Shown here: positions 30,080 to 41,162 of the stretch, one piece after another
Layout of the letters: every line of letters begins with the position of its first letter
How positions within the stretch are numbered: the first letter of the stretch is position 1
The notes under the pieces: generated by a model
What the model was told of the DNA's origin: nothing
The model's database searches: none
Seen by the model: the letters and a program-made list of their open reading frames with translations, nothing else
NCBI GenBank assembly: GCA_963758915.1
Contig: CAVWXH010000005.1
Location: 68,936-132,935, forward strand
DNA: 64,000 bases
Direction of reading: 5' to 3'
Source of the DNA: an uncultured Methanomicrobiales archaeon
Lineage (GTDB): Archaea; Halobacteriota; Methanomicrobia; Methanomicrobiales; Methanospirillaceae
Position numbers and translations under genes: made by a program

Positions 30080-30862
30080 TCATGAGACACGGTCCCTGAA
30101 TTGTTTGACCTGTTCCCCGATATTGACGAGTGCATAGGGGATACCCGGGTGCCTGCTGTACAACCGTTCCAGCAGTGTACTGACCGGGTCCTGTAATCGG
30201 GTATCGTTCTCTGCCTTTTCATAACAACCATTCAGAAAAATCTGCGTATACAGGTGCAGTTCCTTCCCTGGTATATGCATAAAAGGCCTGGCGATCTGCA
30301 CCCGCTTCAGGGTTTTTGTTGCATAACCCGATTTATGGCGCATATTCCCGGAAATGGCATTCCGGAGTACCCATTCAGCATGGTCTTCAAGTGTGTACCC
30401 CAGGACAAGCATTTCGGACTTCAGTTGTTCTGCTTTGTGCTTCAGCTTGCACTCTGTCGATGCATGGGCTGGAAACGGGGATTCATTTGTTGCACAAAAC
30501 CTGTTCCCCTGTTGAATTTCTGCATTGTCATCCGGAACAATAAACCAGGGAATACCCAATGATTCAGTTATTGCCTTCGCATTCTCCATCGCAACCGGAT
30601 CGTTATGGTTTATTGTTACGGCAACCAGGCTGATATCTGTCCGTTCTCCAACAAGGGTATGCATAAAATCCAGGAGCGCACAGCTTGCAGGTCCCCCGGA
30701 AAGTGCAATGGCATACCTCGTTCCGGGGATAAGCCAGAGGTTCTTCCGCACAGTTTTTTTCGCTTTATGATGAAGGTCTTGTCTGAAGTGCTGCTGGCAC
30801 AGGTGCAGGCCGGAATACTCCTGGAAAATAACCCCGGGTCTTCCACATCTGCTACACCCCAT
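30080..30862 (-). CDS. TtuA/Ncs6-like PP-loop protein, degenerate
   Basis: N-terminal Zn finger (CSRC...LCQQHF), altered PP-loop LSGGPAS, LGYTLEDHA and RPFMHIP. Confidence 0.7.
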   Translation of the reverse strand: MGCSRCGRPGVIFQEYSGLHLCQQHFRQDLHHKAKKTVRKNLWLIPGTRYAIALSGGPASCALLDFMHTLVGERTDISLVAVTINHNDPVAMENAKAITESLGIPWFIVPDDNAEIQQGNRFCATNESPFPAHASTECKLKHKAEQLKSEMLVLGYTLEDHAEWVLRNAISGNMRHKSGYATKTLKRVQIARPFMHIPGKELHLYTQIFLNGCYEKAENDTRLQDPVSTLLERLYSRHPGIPYALVNIGEQVKQFRDRVS

Positions 30863-30914
30863 ACTGCTACCAGATCAACCTTTATCATCCAAATAGATAA
30901 AATGTGTAGCACAG

Positions 30915-31772
30915 ATGGCAATTTCCGCCGATCATATCAGGACACTCCATAAGTACGAGATCGCTGTACTGCAGGCACTTGAACGGCTTATGAGAAATTA
31001 CGAGTGGGTCCCGCTCGAAGTACTGGTAAGGGCGCTAGGGCTGGCAGAATCAGAGGTATCGTTCCGCATAAGCCGGCTGATGCAGAAAGGGATGGTGAGG
31101 TATAACGCTGTCCCGTACGACGGGTACTCCCTGGTTTTCATGGGGTATGATGCGCTTGCACTTCGGACCCTTACGAAAAAAGGCACAATCCAGGCACTTG
31201 GGTGCATGATCGGGGTTGGTAAGGAGTCGGTGGTGTATGAAGGGCTGGGTCTCGGGTGTGTGGCACTCAAGTTCCACCACGTAGGGCAGCGGTCTTTCCA
31301 GTCCGTGCGCCTCAACCGTGAATATAAACCCGGACAGACCCATTCGCCATGGATTTTTACCTCGCGGCAGTCCGCAGAACGGGAATTTCTTGCCCTGAAG
31401 ACACTTCACCCGGGTGTAAAAGTACCGCTCCCGGTCGATCAGAACCGGCATATTGTGGTGATGGAGTACATTCCGGGTGTAAACCTCAATAACGCAAAGG
31501 TTGAAGAGCCGGAAGAATTTCTTAATGAAATAATCGGGGAGGTCAGGAAGGCGTATAAACTTGGAGTAATCCATGCTGATTTTTCTGAATTCAATATTAT
31601 GGTCAATGAGCGTGGCTGTACCCTGATTGACTGGCCTCAGTGGATGGAGACTGACCACCCCAATGCAGATACGATTCTCCGGCGGGATATCAATAATATC
31701 CTCACCTACTTCTTACGGAAGTACCAGTTGTCATACGATATCGAGGACACGATGAGATGCGTGACCAGCTGA
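30915..31772 (+). CDS. rio2: RIO2 serine/threonine kinase
   Basis: N-terminal wHTH; GVGKESVVY, IHADFSEFN and IDWPQ motifs. Confidence 0.92.
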   Translation: MAISADHIRTLHKYEIAVLQALERLMRNYEWVPLEVLVRALGLAESEVSFRISRLMQKGMVRYNAVPYDGYSLVFMGYDALALRTLTKKGTIQALGCMIGVGKESVVYEGLGLGCVALKFHHVGQRSFQSVRLNREYKPGQTHSPWIFTSRQSAEREFLALKTLHPGVKVPLPVDQNRHIVVMEYIPGVNLNNAKVEEPEEFLNEIIGEVRKAYKLGVIHADFSEFNIMVNERGCTLIDWPQWMETDHPNADTILRRDINNILTYFLRKYQLSYDIEDTMRCVTS

Positions 31773-33721
31773 AGGTATTCGGGATTGATATCATCCGGGG
31801 CTCTGTCAGGTCAAAGTCCCGGAGACCTCTCTATGCACTGGTAAGGCTTCAGGGTGGCCAGGTCATTTCCGAAGACGGGGTCTCGTCCTTCCGGCTCTTT
31901 CGGATACTTTCACAGGAACAACCGGATATCCTCGCCGTGGACAGCCTCCAGGAGGTCTCCACTGACCAGCACGAGTTATTTGCATTCATGCAGTCCCTGC
32001 CCCCGGCCACCCGCCTCGTCCAGGTGACCGGCGGTGACCGGCGGGAATCCCTCGTTAAAGTAGCAAGCCGGTACAATATCAGTTTTAACCGGCTCGATCC
32101 GTTTGACGAGGCCCGGACTATTGCGAGGGTGGCGTCCCTCGGTGCAGGGGCCGAAGTAATCGCCTTTGAAAACAGCTCTGACGTAATTGTAACGCGTAAC
32201 CGGTCCCCGGGTAAAGGTGGGTGGAGCCAGAACCGGTACGTGCGAAAGATCCACGGCGGGGTCCTGCAAAGGGCCCGCGAGATCGAAATGAACCTCGTTG
32301 CGGCGGGCCTGAAGTATGAAAAAAAGGAAGTAAAGGCGTTTGGCGGATGCAGCAAAGCCTCGTTCCGTGTATTTGCCCCGCGTGACCAGGTACCTGTATC
32401 CACCTACCGGGGGGCAGATGTCCAGGTTCGGATAAGCGGGAGGCGACTGGACCGGATCATGTTCAGGCCCCTCTCGGTCCGCCCGAAATTTATTATTGTT
32501 GGGATGGACCCCGGCACGACCACCGCCATTGCCGCCCTTGACCTTGAGGGAAACCTGCTCCACCTGAGCAGTTCCCGGCAGACCTCCCTGTCTGATGTCA
32601 TTGAATCGCTTTACAAGGTTGGAAAACCAGTTGTCGTGGCGACTGATGTCCGTGATATGCCGTTTTCTGTTGAAAAGGTAAGGCGTGCCTTCAATGCGGT
32701 CGCCTATGCACCACGCCTTGACGTGAGCGTGGATACGAAACTGGAGTATACGCAGCCGTACAAGTACATGAATGATCATGAACGGGACGCGTTATCAGCT
32801 GCTCTCGAAGCATACCGGCACTATAACCACAAGTTTCAGCATGTCCTGAAACGTGTACCCCCTGGCCAGGACCTTGATGAGGTAAGGGCTGGCATGATCC
32901 GTGGGCACTCACTGGAACAGGTGATTGGAGAACTGAGTGTTGCCCCACAACCCTCAAAAGTTGAGGGCCCCGTTGTTCAGGCTGACAGGAAATCTGATGA
33001 GAGGGTCAGGGTCCTCGATGGGACGGTAAAACGCCTGCGCACGTATGTCCAGGAATTACAGGAAGAGATTAAGGGAAAAGAACGTGAAATCATCAGGTTC
33101 CAGTCCCGGATACGGAAAATCCGGTCAATTCATGAGAAAGATATCATAAAAGATGCAGAAATTGCAAAAAGAGACTTAACTATACAGACGCTGAAAAAGA
33201 GGCTCCGTCGTGAAGAACGATCGAACCGGAACCAGAAAAAGAAGATCGAGAGACAGAACAGGATTGATGAACTGGCAGGAAGCCCGGATTCGATCCCGGT
33301 CAAAATACTTGGCGCTTTTACCAGGGACGCGGTCAGGGCGCTGTCAGATGACCTGGGGGTTACTGAGGGGGACGTCATTTATGTGCTCCGGACAGACGGG
33401 TGGGGAAGGAGTGTCGTCCGGGAGATAGGCGGGATGGGTGTAAAAGCAGTCATCACGGGTCCGGGACTTACTTCGCATGCTGACCCCCAGCTCCAGGCGG
33501 CCTGCATGGAACAGGACATTCCCCTTCTTGACGGCGAAGATCTGCCAATTCTTATCAGGGGAAAGATTGGAAGTGCCGGGAAAATCCCTTTTGAAACCTC
33601 GTTGAAAGTCTGGCAGGAAAAACACCAGGAATTTGAGAACGAGCAGAATGCAAGGCGCATCGAGGGAATTTTCCGGGATTACCAGACCGCACGGGGAAAG
33701 GAGATGAGGAAAAGTGGATGA
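31757..33721 (+). CDS. DUF460 domain protein (RNase H-like fold plus coiled coil)
   Basis: GKGGWSQNRY, VGMDPGTT and HERDALSAA motifs. Confidence 0.88.
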   Translation: MRDQLKVFGIDIIRGSVRSKSRRPLYALVRLQGGQVISEDGVSSFRLFRILSQEQPDILAVDSLQEVSTDQHELFAFMQSLPPATRLVQVTGGDRRESLVKVASRYNISFNRLDPFDEARTIARVASLGAGAEVIAFENSSDVIVTRNRSPGKGGWSQNRYVRKIHGGVLQRAREIEMNLVAAGLKYEKKEVKAFGGCSKASFRVFAPRDQVPVSTYRGADVQVRISGRRLDRIMFRPLSVRPKFIIVGMDPGTTTAIAALDLEGNLLHLSSSRQTSLSDVIESLYKVGKPVVVATDVRDMPFSVEKVRRAFNAVAYAPRLDVSVDTKLEYTQPYKYMNDHERDALSAALEAYRHYNHKFQHVLKRVPPGQDLDEVRAGMIRGHSLEQVIGELSVAPQPSKVEGPVVQADRKSDERVRVLDGTVKRLRTYVQELQEEIKGKEREIIRFQSRIRKIRSIHEKDIIKDAEIAKRDLTIQTLKKRLRREERSNRNQKKKIERQNRIDELAGSPDSIPVKILGAFTRDAVRALSDDLGVTEGDVIYVLRTDGWGRSVVREIGGMGVKAVITGPGLTSHADPQLQAACMEQDIPLLDGEDLPILIRGKIGSAGKIPFETSLKVWQEKHQEFENEQNARRIEGIFRDYQTARGKEMRKSG

Positions 33722-34581
33722 ACGGGCCCTGTTGCAGGAAGTGTATGCAATTATTGGTAAGGAGCACTGTCTCGATGATTGTGCAGTAATCCCCTGCGGC
33801 GGACAGACTCCTTGTTGCTACGACTGACATGCTCCACGAAACAACTGATTTTCCTGCAGGGATAACGGACTGGCAGATTGGATGGATGTCTGCAGCGGTA
33901 ACGCTCTCTGATATCGCGTCTATGGGTGCGACCCCTGCCATCCTCCTCCTGGCGGTAGGGCTTGATGACCCGTCAAGGCTCGGAGAAATTCTCAAAGGTG
34001 CCAGGGACTGTTGTTCAGAAGCTGGCGGATACATTGCCGGTGGCGATATCGATCACCATAGTGAACTGACGATTGTCAGCAGTGGTATAGGTATGGTAGC
34101 ACCTGGCCATATTGTGAGGCGCTCCGGGGCCAGGGTGGGGGATCTCATCTGCGTGACCGGGGTCCTTGGACGTGCCCAGGCAGCACTCAACGGGTATCGG
34201 GAGTATGACAAAGCACTCATGGAGCCCCGGGCAAGGGTCCGGGAAGGTGAAGTCCTCGGCAGGACTGGTGCGACGTCGATGATGGACATCAGTGACGGCC
34301 TCTCTATCTCGCTCTATGACCTGCTCGAGGCAAACTCCTGCGGGTACTCCATTAACCGGGAAAAAATACCAACCCCTGCCGGAGTCCCCCCAGGCGAGGC
34401 AATAACCCTGGCTCTCTATGGCGGTGGGGACTTTGAGTTATTATTCACAGTCCCCCGTGACTGGGTAGCACCGGCAGGTTTTTTCTATTCTGTTATTGGA
34501 ACTGTCATCAGGGACCATTCTGTACTTCTTGATGGAATTATGATGGAACGGAAAGGGTACCAACATTCATGGAATGGATAA
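33714..34581 (+). CDS. thiL: Thiamine-monophosphate kinase (apparent +1 frameshift near 33810)
   Basis: GTG start gives MDERALL...LDDCAV; the next frame has TTDMLHE, SDIASMG, GGD, MMDISDGL and GGGDFELLF. Confidence 0.9.
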
Positions 34582-34726
34582 CCTGAAGCATTCAGAAACC
34601 CCTGTTAATGTATAAGACATGTAAAATATGGATTTTAGGGCTCGAAAAGAAATGATTTTTCTCCATCTGACTAAAACCATGTAACCTGCTCTGCATAACG
34701 ATGCAACTCATTTCACATTCAGGTAA

Positions 34727-36714
34727 TTATCCGCTGAAGTGAGGCCAGATGATCCGGATCGCCTCAACTCTGCCATAGTATGCATCGGCATTATTCGGGT
34801 CAATATCGAGGGCTGTGTCATATGCTTTAATTGCTGCATCGATATAGCCCTGTTTATACAGGAGATATCCCTTATTTGTCCAAGCCATTCCATTATTCGG
34901 ATCAATCTGGATGACTTTTTCAAACACCTTCATTGCCTTGTCATACTGGCCACTTCGTACAAGTGCGATCCCTTTATAATTCAGCGAATCGGTGTTGTTC
35001 GGTTCGATGGAAATGGCCTTATCATAGGCCCGTATGGCTCCCGGATAGTTTTCAAGTGCCATCAGTGCAAATGCCTTGTTGGTGAGCGCTATGGTATTAT
35101 TCGGTTCAGCATCAAGGGCACGGTCGTATGCGATGATTGCCTCATCAATCCGTTCGAGCTGGAACAGGGCATAGCCCTTGTTCATCCATGCGACGGTGTT
35201 ATTTGGCTGGGACTTGAGGATTTTGTCATAGGCATGGACCGATTCTTCTTCCCGGCCAAGGCTCTTGAGTGCAGATACCTTGTATATCCAGGCCATGGTA
35301 TTTTTCGGGTCTGTTTTCAATGCCTGATCGTAGGCAATAACTGCTTCCTCGTAGTTCTTCATGTTATGGAGAGCGTAACCCTTGTTGAACCAGGTGACAC
35401 TGACATCCGGGGCCAGTTGAAGTGCTTTATTGAAGGATTTTACTGCCTGCTCAAATTGGCCACGCCTTGTCTCAGCAGTCCCCTTGTTAGTCCACGCTAT
35501 CGTGTTACCAGGGTCAAGACTGATGGCCCGTTCTGCTGACCTGACAGCCTCTCCATAGTCTCCTATCTGGTTATAAATCATTGATTTATAGCCCCATACT
35601 ACTGGACAGGTTAGGCTCAATCTTCAGGGCGTGTTCGTACGCGGCCATGGCCTCATCGTACTTTCCAACCGCACTCAACGCATATCCCTTGTTGGTCCAT
35701 GACACGGCAATATCCGGAGAAAGGTTAATACCCCTGTCATAGGCCTGTAATTGCCTCAGTGTATTTCCCAAGGCTGTTCAGTGCAAACCCCTTATTGTTC
35801 CATGCCTGCGTATTATTCTGGTCCAGGCTGATTGCACGGTCTGCAGACTGGTTTGCCTCTGAAAATTTTCCCGATGCTGTTCAGTGCATATGCCCTGTAA
35901 CCCCATGCATCAGTGTTATCCGGTGAAATTGAGAGTGCACGATCATATGCCCCTACCGCATCCTCATACCTGCCCGCACTATTAAAAATAAAACCAATAG
36001 AACTCCAGGTCACAGAGTTATTAGGCTCGGTAGCGAGGGCATTATTGTACGCGGCCATGGCGTCGTTGTACCTGCCAAGACCTTTTAAAATGTCCCCCCT
36101 GGCGTTCCATATGCCGGCAGGGTTGTAACCTGCCTTCAGGGCTGCGTCATACGCATTGAACGCATCCAGGTTCCGTCCCTGCATAGAAAGGACATCACCT
36201 TTTAATTTGTACGCAGATGAGAGCCCGGGATTTATTGAGATTGCCGTATCATAAGCAGCAATACTCTCATTAAGCCTTCCCAATGACCTTAAAGAATTTC
36301 CTTTTGCCTCTGCGGCAACGACCATCGCAGGATCTGCTGCCAGTGCATTGTCATAACTGATAATTGATTCATTAAAATTTTTCAGGGAGACGAGTGCATC
36401 TCCTTTCCCTTTCCATGCTGCGGCATTTTTTGGGTTGATCTTCAGTGAAGTATCAAACGATGCCAGTGCATCGCTATACCTGCCGGTTTTGAGAAGGACC
36501 TCTCCTCTTCCAGATCCATGCGACTGGCATCAGCAGGGTGTTTTATGGTGAGATTTTCATAGATTGCAAGGGATTCGTTGTATTTTCCCGCATCATAGAA
36601 TAGCTTTGCCTGTTGGATCCCTTCAGAACCCGAAGAATCCTGATTATATATGCAACCGGAAAAAAACGGGGTGATCAAAAGGATTAAGATCACCAGTACC
36701 CAACAGGATTTCAT
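34727..36714 (-). CDS. TPR-repeat lipoprotein, split by several frameshifts
   Basis: Lipobox FFSGC. Continuous 34-aa TPR repeats across ORF pieces 36442-36714, 35813-36325, 35586-35771 and 34727-35620. Confidence 0.8.
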
Positions 36715-36931
36715 AATAAATTCTCCATGTAAACCCTAATAAAGATAGGTCATCTGACGAAGATGAAATTTCAGGCAAAATGAGATTTTTTATCAAAACC
36801 GGGTTGATTGTTGTTTTGTCTTCCTCACGTGTGCGCCCACGACTGTCAGTATACTGAGAAAGTTTTTAAGTCAAGAGACTGAAATTTAGAATATAGTAGA
36901 TAATGGTAGAGCGACCATTTGGGAGGAAAAA

Positions 36932-37292
36932 ATGAAATTCAATAAAACTTGTCAGGATGTATTGTGGCACTCGTTGTGCTTATTGCGTTTATTGCGCCTG
37001 TTTCGGCCGCACCTTATTTTGGGTACAGCCAGACCGGGAGTAAGTATTCAGGGAACCAGGTATCATTGACATCAGCCCTGGGATCGACAACGACAGGCAC
37101 TTCTGGCAGCCCGAACCTGGGATATTCAGTTCGTCGTTAAGGGTTATGGGACAAAAGCCGACCTATGGTGATGTAAGTGCCTATTCCAACTTCTTCAGCC
37201 AGTCCCAGGGCCAGAAGTTCAGTTATTCCGAATCCTCGAGTGCCTCGGGAATAATTTATTCGTTCAGTAAAATAATTTCAGTCACCCTTTAA
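36932..37292 (+). CDS. Small secreted protein resembling the C-terminal domain of the sheath-like family (frameshifted)
   Basis: GGAGG SD, signal peptide (APVSA), then QTGSKYSG...LGYSV..KGYG..PTYGDVSAY...FSYSESSSASGIIYSFSK. Confidence 0.6.
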
Positions 37293-37724
37293 CTCAATAT
37301 TATTATTTTATTTTCTTGAAGTTTTTCCGGCCAGAATTGGGCTGGATGCATTTATATTGCGGTTTTAAGAACATTCAGAGAGGCATCAAAAAATTGAATT
37401 CCCGAAAATTGTTGTTAAAATTTACAGTTTGCGATTGGATTTCTGATTGAAAAGTTTCTGGTGTTCCAGTTTGGATCTCGCCTGTTTCTCTCCTGAATCT
37501 CCTGAATTATATTGTATCATGCAATGAATGACAATAATGCATGATAGTATCATGGGTATAGTCTTTTTGGTAATGACACCGGGACGAAAACGTACCAATC
37601 AGGTGGTGATTTTCTTAAATAACACTCATTGGTTATAACTTTTGAAAATCCTGGTTACATTAATTTTATATACTTCTATAGCTTAATTTCGATGCTTACA
37701 ACTTTATCGATCAAGGTGGCGAAG

Positions 37725-38532
37725 ATGAAGACAAAAGTATCGATAGGTGTGATCATCATAGCGATGGTGATCCTTATTGCAGTCTCTGGCTCAGCCATGG
37801 CTGCTCGTCCTGTACCGGCTGGAAATGAAACTTCTGTTATTACTGTGCAGACTTCAGCGAAAGTCATTGGTAATTTCCAGGCACATACTGACCTTGTTCT
37901 CCAGCAGAGCACAGGTGACCTTGTTCCCCCGCTCGCGGATGGTGAACAGGTATCACTGGTTGCGTATTCTGAGAACACAATGGCAATCAATGGTGAGACA
38001 GACTACTCAAAGAACACGAACATTAATACCGGTGACGTGGTAAACGGGCAGGAGAATGTCCAGACTGACAGGATTATCACGTTCGATGCCGGAGACGGCG
38101 GCCGGATGGTCTCAAGTGAAAACGTGCTGGTCCAGACGGTTGCAAACGAGGCTACGACTGCATCGGGTTGCTGCCCATGGGGAAGCACGACCAATGCTAC
38201 ATTACCCGCTGAGTGCGAGACGGTCCAGGCAGGCAGTAAGTTGGACGTATTCTGAGGTCTCTGCAAGTTCCAGCAGTGGTGTACGGGCAATTGCTGATAC
38301 GCCGGGAACAACGGTCTCGCTCGATTATTCGATCGACGCCCATGGCATTAACCAGACTCCGGGCAGCATGGAAAATGCAGCAATCGGAAGTGCTACGGCC
38401 TACGTCGATGGAAAGATTACGCAGGGTAACGGCACCGCACCGGGCACCAACATGGAATACCATGATGTGACATCGGTTGACGGACTCTTTGACCTGTCGA
38501 AGGATGTGAGTTACTCATCGGCTCCGAATTAA
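37725..38532 (+). CDS. Divergent sheath-like family paralogue (frameshift near 38250)
   Basis: Signal peptide; PPLADGE, GGRMVSSEN and CCPWG...PAECETVQAGSKLD align with the family's LCPF...PAYCNIIQAGSKYD. Confidence 0.72.
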
Positions 38533-38557
38533 CCAAAACTATCCATACCTGAGTAAA

Positions 38558-38592
38558 GGGAAGATCCAGTCAAAATCTTCCCCTATTTTTTT
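38558..38592 (+). terminator. Hairpin plus T-tract terminator
   Basis: GGGAAGAT...ATCTTCCC followed by T7. Confidence 0.65.
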
Positions 38593-39050
38593 GGATTATT
38601 AGTACTGGAAGGTGCTGTTTTAGTTATTCCAGGCACTATAGTAGTCCTGCTTTATCAGGGTTTTCAGCAGATTCCGGTTTATGCGGGTTAAACAATTGCC
38701 AGGTGGATTATTTTACGATTCGCCACCATTGTGCATTATCACCTGCAATACGAATACCACAATAGTTTTCATCGGGTGTGCACGTTCCTTACATTATGCC
38801 GACTTCACCGTCATATCGTTCGGAAAGAGATCAATGGCCCTGTTGATATCAGGGGTATTTATTACCGGCCTGCGGGAGAAGGAGCTGATACTAATGCTTC
38901 CCTGAAGGTTTGGATTACCAAATTTTTTATCACTATCCGGGTTTAACGTAATAGACCGCCACATGTGAGGTCCACATTTCCATTCAGTACCATGGCACTA
39001 TTCAGTCCTTGGTTTTAGGTGGGGCCCCATTCATTCCATTGTTAAATTTT

Positions 39051-39397
39051 TTTCTCTGCTGATGTCCTTGCGTTATGTAAAAAAAGGGAGTGTATAGGCA
39101 GGATGGGTTACCCCCCTCCCTGCCCCACCCCCATTAAGATATTCTTCGGGCAGGGTTTCCCGAAGGCCCATTAAATTCAGATTATTGGGGGATAGTCCCT
39201 TATCATAACCGGGGTTGCCTAAGCGGCGGGCCATGAGCCCCGGGAGCGTTACGAAACTTTGGAATTACAAATCTGCAAGATAGATTGAGAGGATTTCCCA
39301 TGAAAATAACAAAACGGACCCCAATAAATGGAAATTTTGAACGGGCTTTTTCATGGTCGGGTGTGAACTTCCCGTTCATGTGTGTTTCAATAAAGCG
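39051..39397 (+). mobile_element. MITE copy 4 (diverged, left end degenerate)
   Basis: Core CCCTCCCTGCCCCACCCCCATTAAGATATTCTTCGGGCAGGG is identical to copy 1; right end GTTTCAATAAAGCG. Confidence 0.78.
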
Positions 39398-39847
39398 TGC
39401 TATGAGCCTCCGGGCTCATAGATGACCTTTAAAAGGTAGTATCTATCATGATTCCCCATGTGTATGAAAATGAGCCATAAGCGTTTATAAGCAAGGTTAT
39501 AGATTTCCCGTTTCACCTAATAAACTCTAACCGTACCGGGGCTTCGCCCCTGGAATAATACCCACTGTGACACACCTATCGATTAGGAATAGTGACTTGA
39601 TTATACCAGATAGGACAATTTTCTCAGGTTCTCCCATAGGTGCCACAAAAAAAGCCATTAAAAGCCCGCCATTGGTTTCAGGTTAACGGATGTTACTGCT
39701 CCTTTGACAGTGATGATTGGGGTTAGCTGGATATATTTCCAAAAGCACTCTGAAGAAAAGAACAATACAATTAAACTTTCTCTAAAAGAACAAGGGGATG
39801 TTAGAGGATAAATCCTCCATTATCTCCCTATTCCTGGTTCAGCAACC

Positions 39848-40669
39848 TCAGAGTAATGACTTACCGGACTGGTAAGCGATTGTCTTGGTGAAGGAGCTGA
39901 TTGTACCCTGGACGCTTGAGGTCTCGGAGTAGGTCAGGTCTTCAGCCTTTGCCTGAGCCGTTTGCACGTGCTTCCTGGATGTGTGCCTTTACGTAGGCCA
40001 TTGCCGAGCCAATTGCGGGGATCTGTCCCTGTGATGTGCCGTATGGCTTGACATTGATGTTGTAGTTCAGGACGACTGGTGCGGTTGCATCAGTGCCGAC
40101 GAACCTCTCGTTCGCTGCGGTTGTAACTGATCCAACGGTCAGGTCGTACTTGCTGCCTGCCTGGATGATGTTACAGTACGCTGGAATTGTGTCTACTGGG
40201 TATGCTGAGAACGGACAGAGCATGCGGTCGCTTGCTGCGGTGTAGTTGCCTGCGCCGTCGAGCATGATGTTCTCTGAACCGACGATGTTGCCACCGTCTG
40301 CAGTTGCAATGAAGGTAACTGCGGTGTCAGCCTTTACGTTGGACTGGGAAATAACCTTGTTGCGGGTGTCGATTACCATTGTCTTGACAAAGGTGGTCGA
40401 TCCAGCCTGTGCTACGGTGCTTGCATCGTAGGCAGTGGTGTACTGAACTTCCTGGTCCGCAAGTGGCGGAGTCGATTCATTGACCATTGTTTGACAGAGT
40501 CCATGCGAGCCCTGCATTGTCCATTACGAGTCCGTCTGCAATGATTGCAGTTGAAGTTGTGATTGTCTGTGATTCAGGGGCTGCATGGTACGACCTGGTC
40601 GGCCATTACAACACCAGTGAGTGCAATCAGCATTGCGAGTGCAATGACGATAACGCCTGTTGTCTTCAT
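39848..40669 (-). CDS. Sheath-like secreted protein, tandem copy A (frameshifts)
   Basis: MKTTGVIVIALAMLIALTGVVMADQ...QYTTAYDAS...LCPFSAYPVDTIPAYCNIIQAGSKYDLT...AYQSGKSLL*; strong AGGAGG SD. Confidence 0.8.
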
Positions 40670-40689
40670 TTAATTTCCTCCTACATTTT

Positions 40690-40748
40690 ATGCTGATACT
40701 CTCAGCATCAACTAATGATTTTTAGCTACTGATACATAATAACCTTTC
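40690..40748 (-). promoter_or_regulatory. BRE/TATA (GAAAGGTTATTATG) and 5'-UTR hairpin of copy A; same at 42027-42084 for copy B
   Basis: 7-bp stem ATGCTGA-N5-TCAGCAT about 25 nt downstream of the TATA-like box and just before the SD. Confidence 0.6.
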
Positions 40749-41162
40749 TCTCTGAATCCTCTAAAGAAGACGGTATTCCAAGAGAAAGGGTTCAATTAAC
40801 CGTTCATTTGAAGCATGTAACCGGTCGGGTTATACCCATCTAATCATTCCAAGATTGTGAGACCTACCAGCACGGTACACTATTCAAAGTTCCATCGAAT
40901 TCGAGCAGTGACCTGATCATACCAGATGGACATTTCCTCAGGATTCTCCCGAAGTGCGACAAAAAAGGCCATTAAAAGCTGCCATTGGTTACATACGAAT
41001 GGATGTTATTGCCTTTGACAGTTGATCATTCGGGTTACTAGAAGATATAAACAATAACATTCTGAAAAAAAAGAACAATACAATTAGATTTTTCTCTAAA
41101 AGAACAAGGGGATGATTAGAGGATAAATCCTCCATTATCTCCCTATTCCTGGTTCAGCAACT

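Noticed and set aside
27561-34581. Programmed frameshifting in nadE or thiL
   Set aside because: No convincing slippery or stimulatory signals; better explained by assembly indels seen throughout the window.
38640-39050. Small ORFs between the sheath-like gene and MITE copy 4 (also 42164-42422)
   Set aside because: No motifs, signal peptides or SD support; treated as intergenic.
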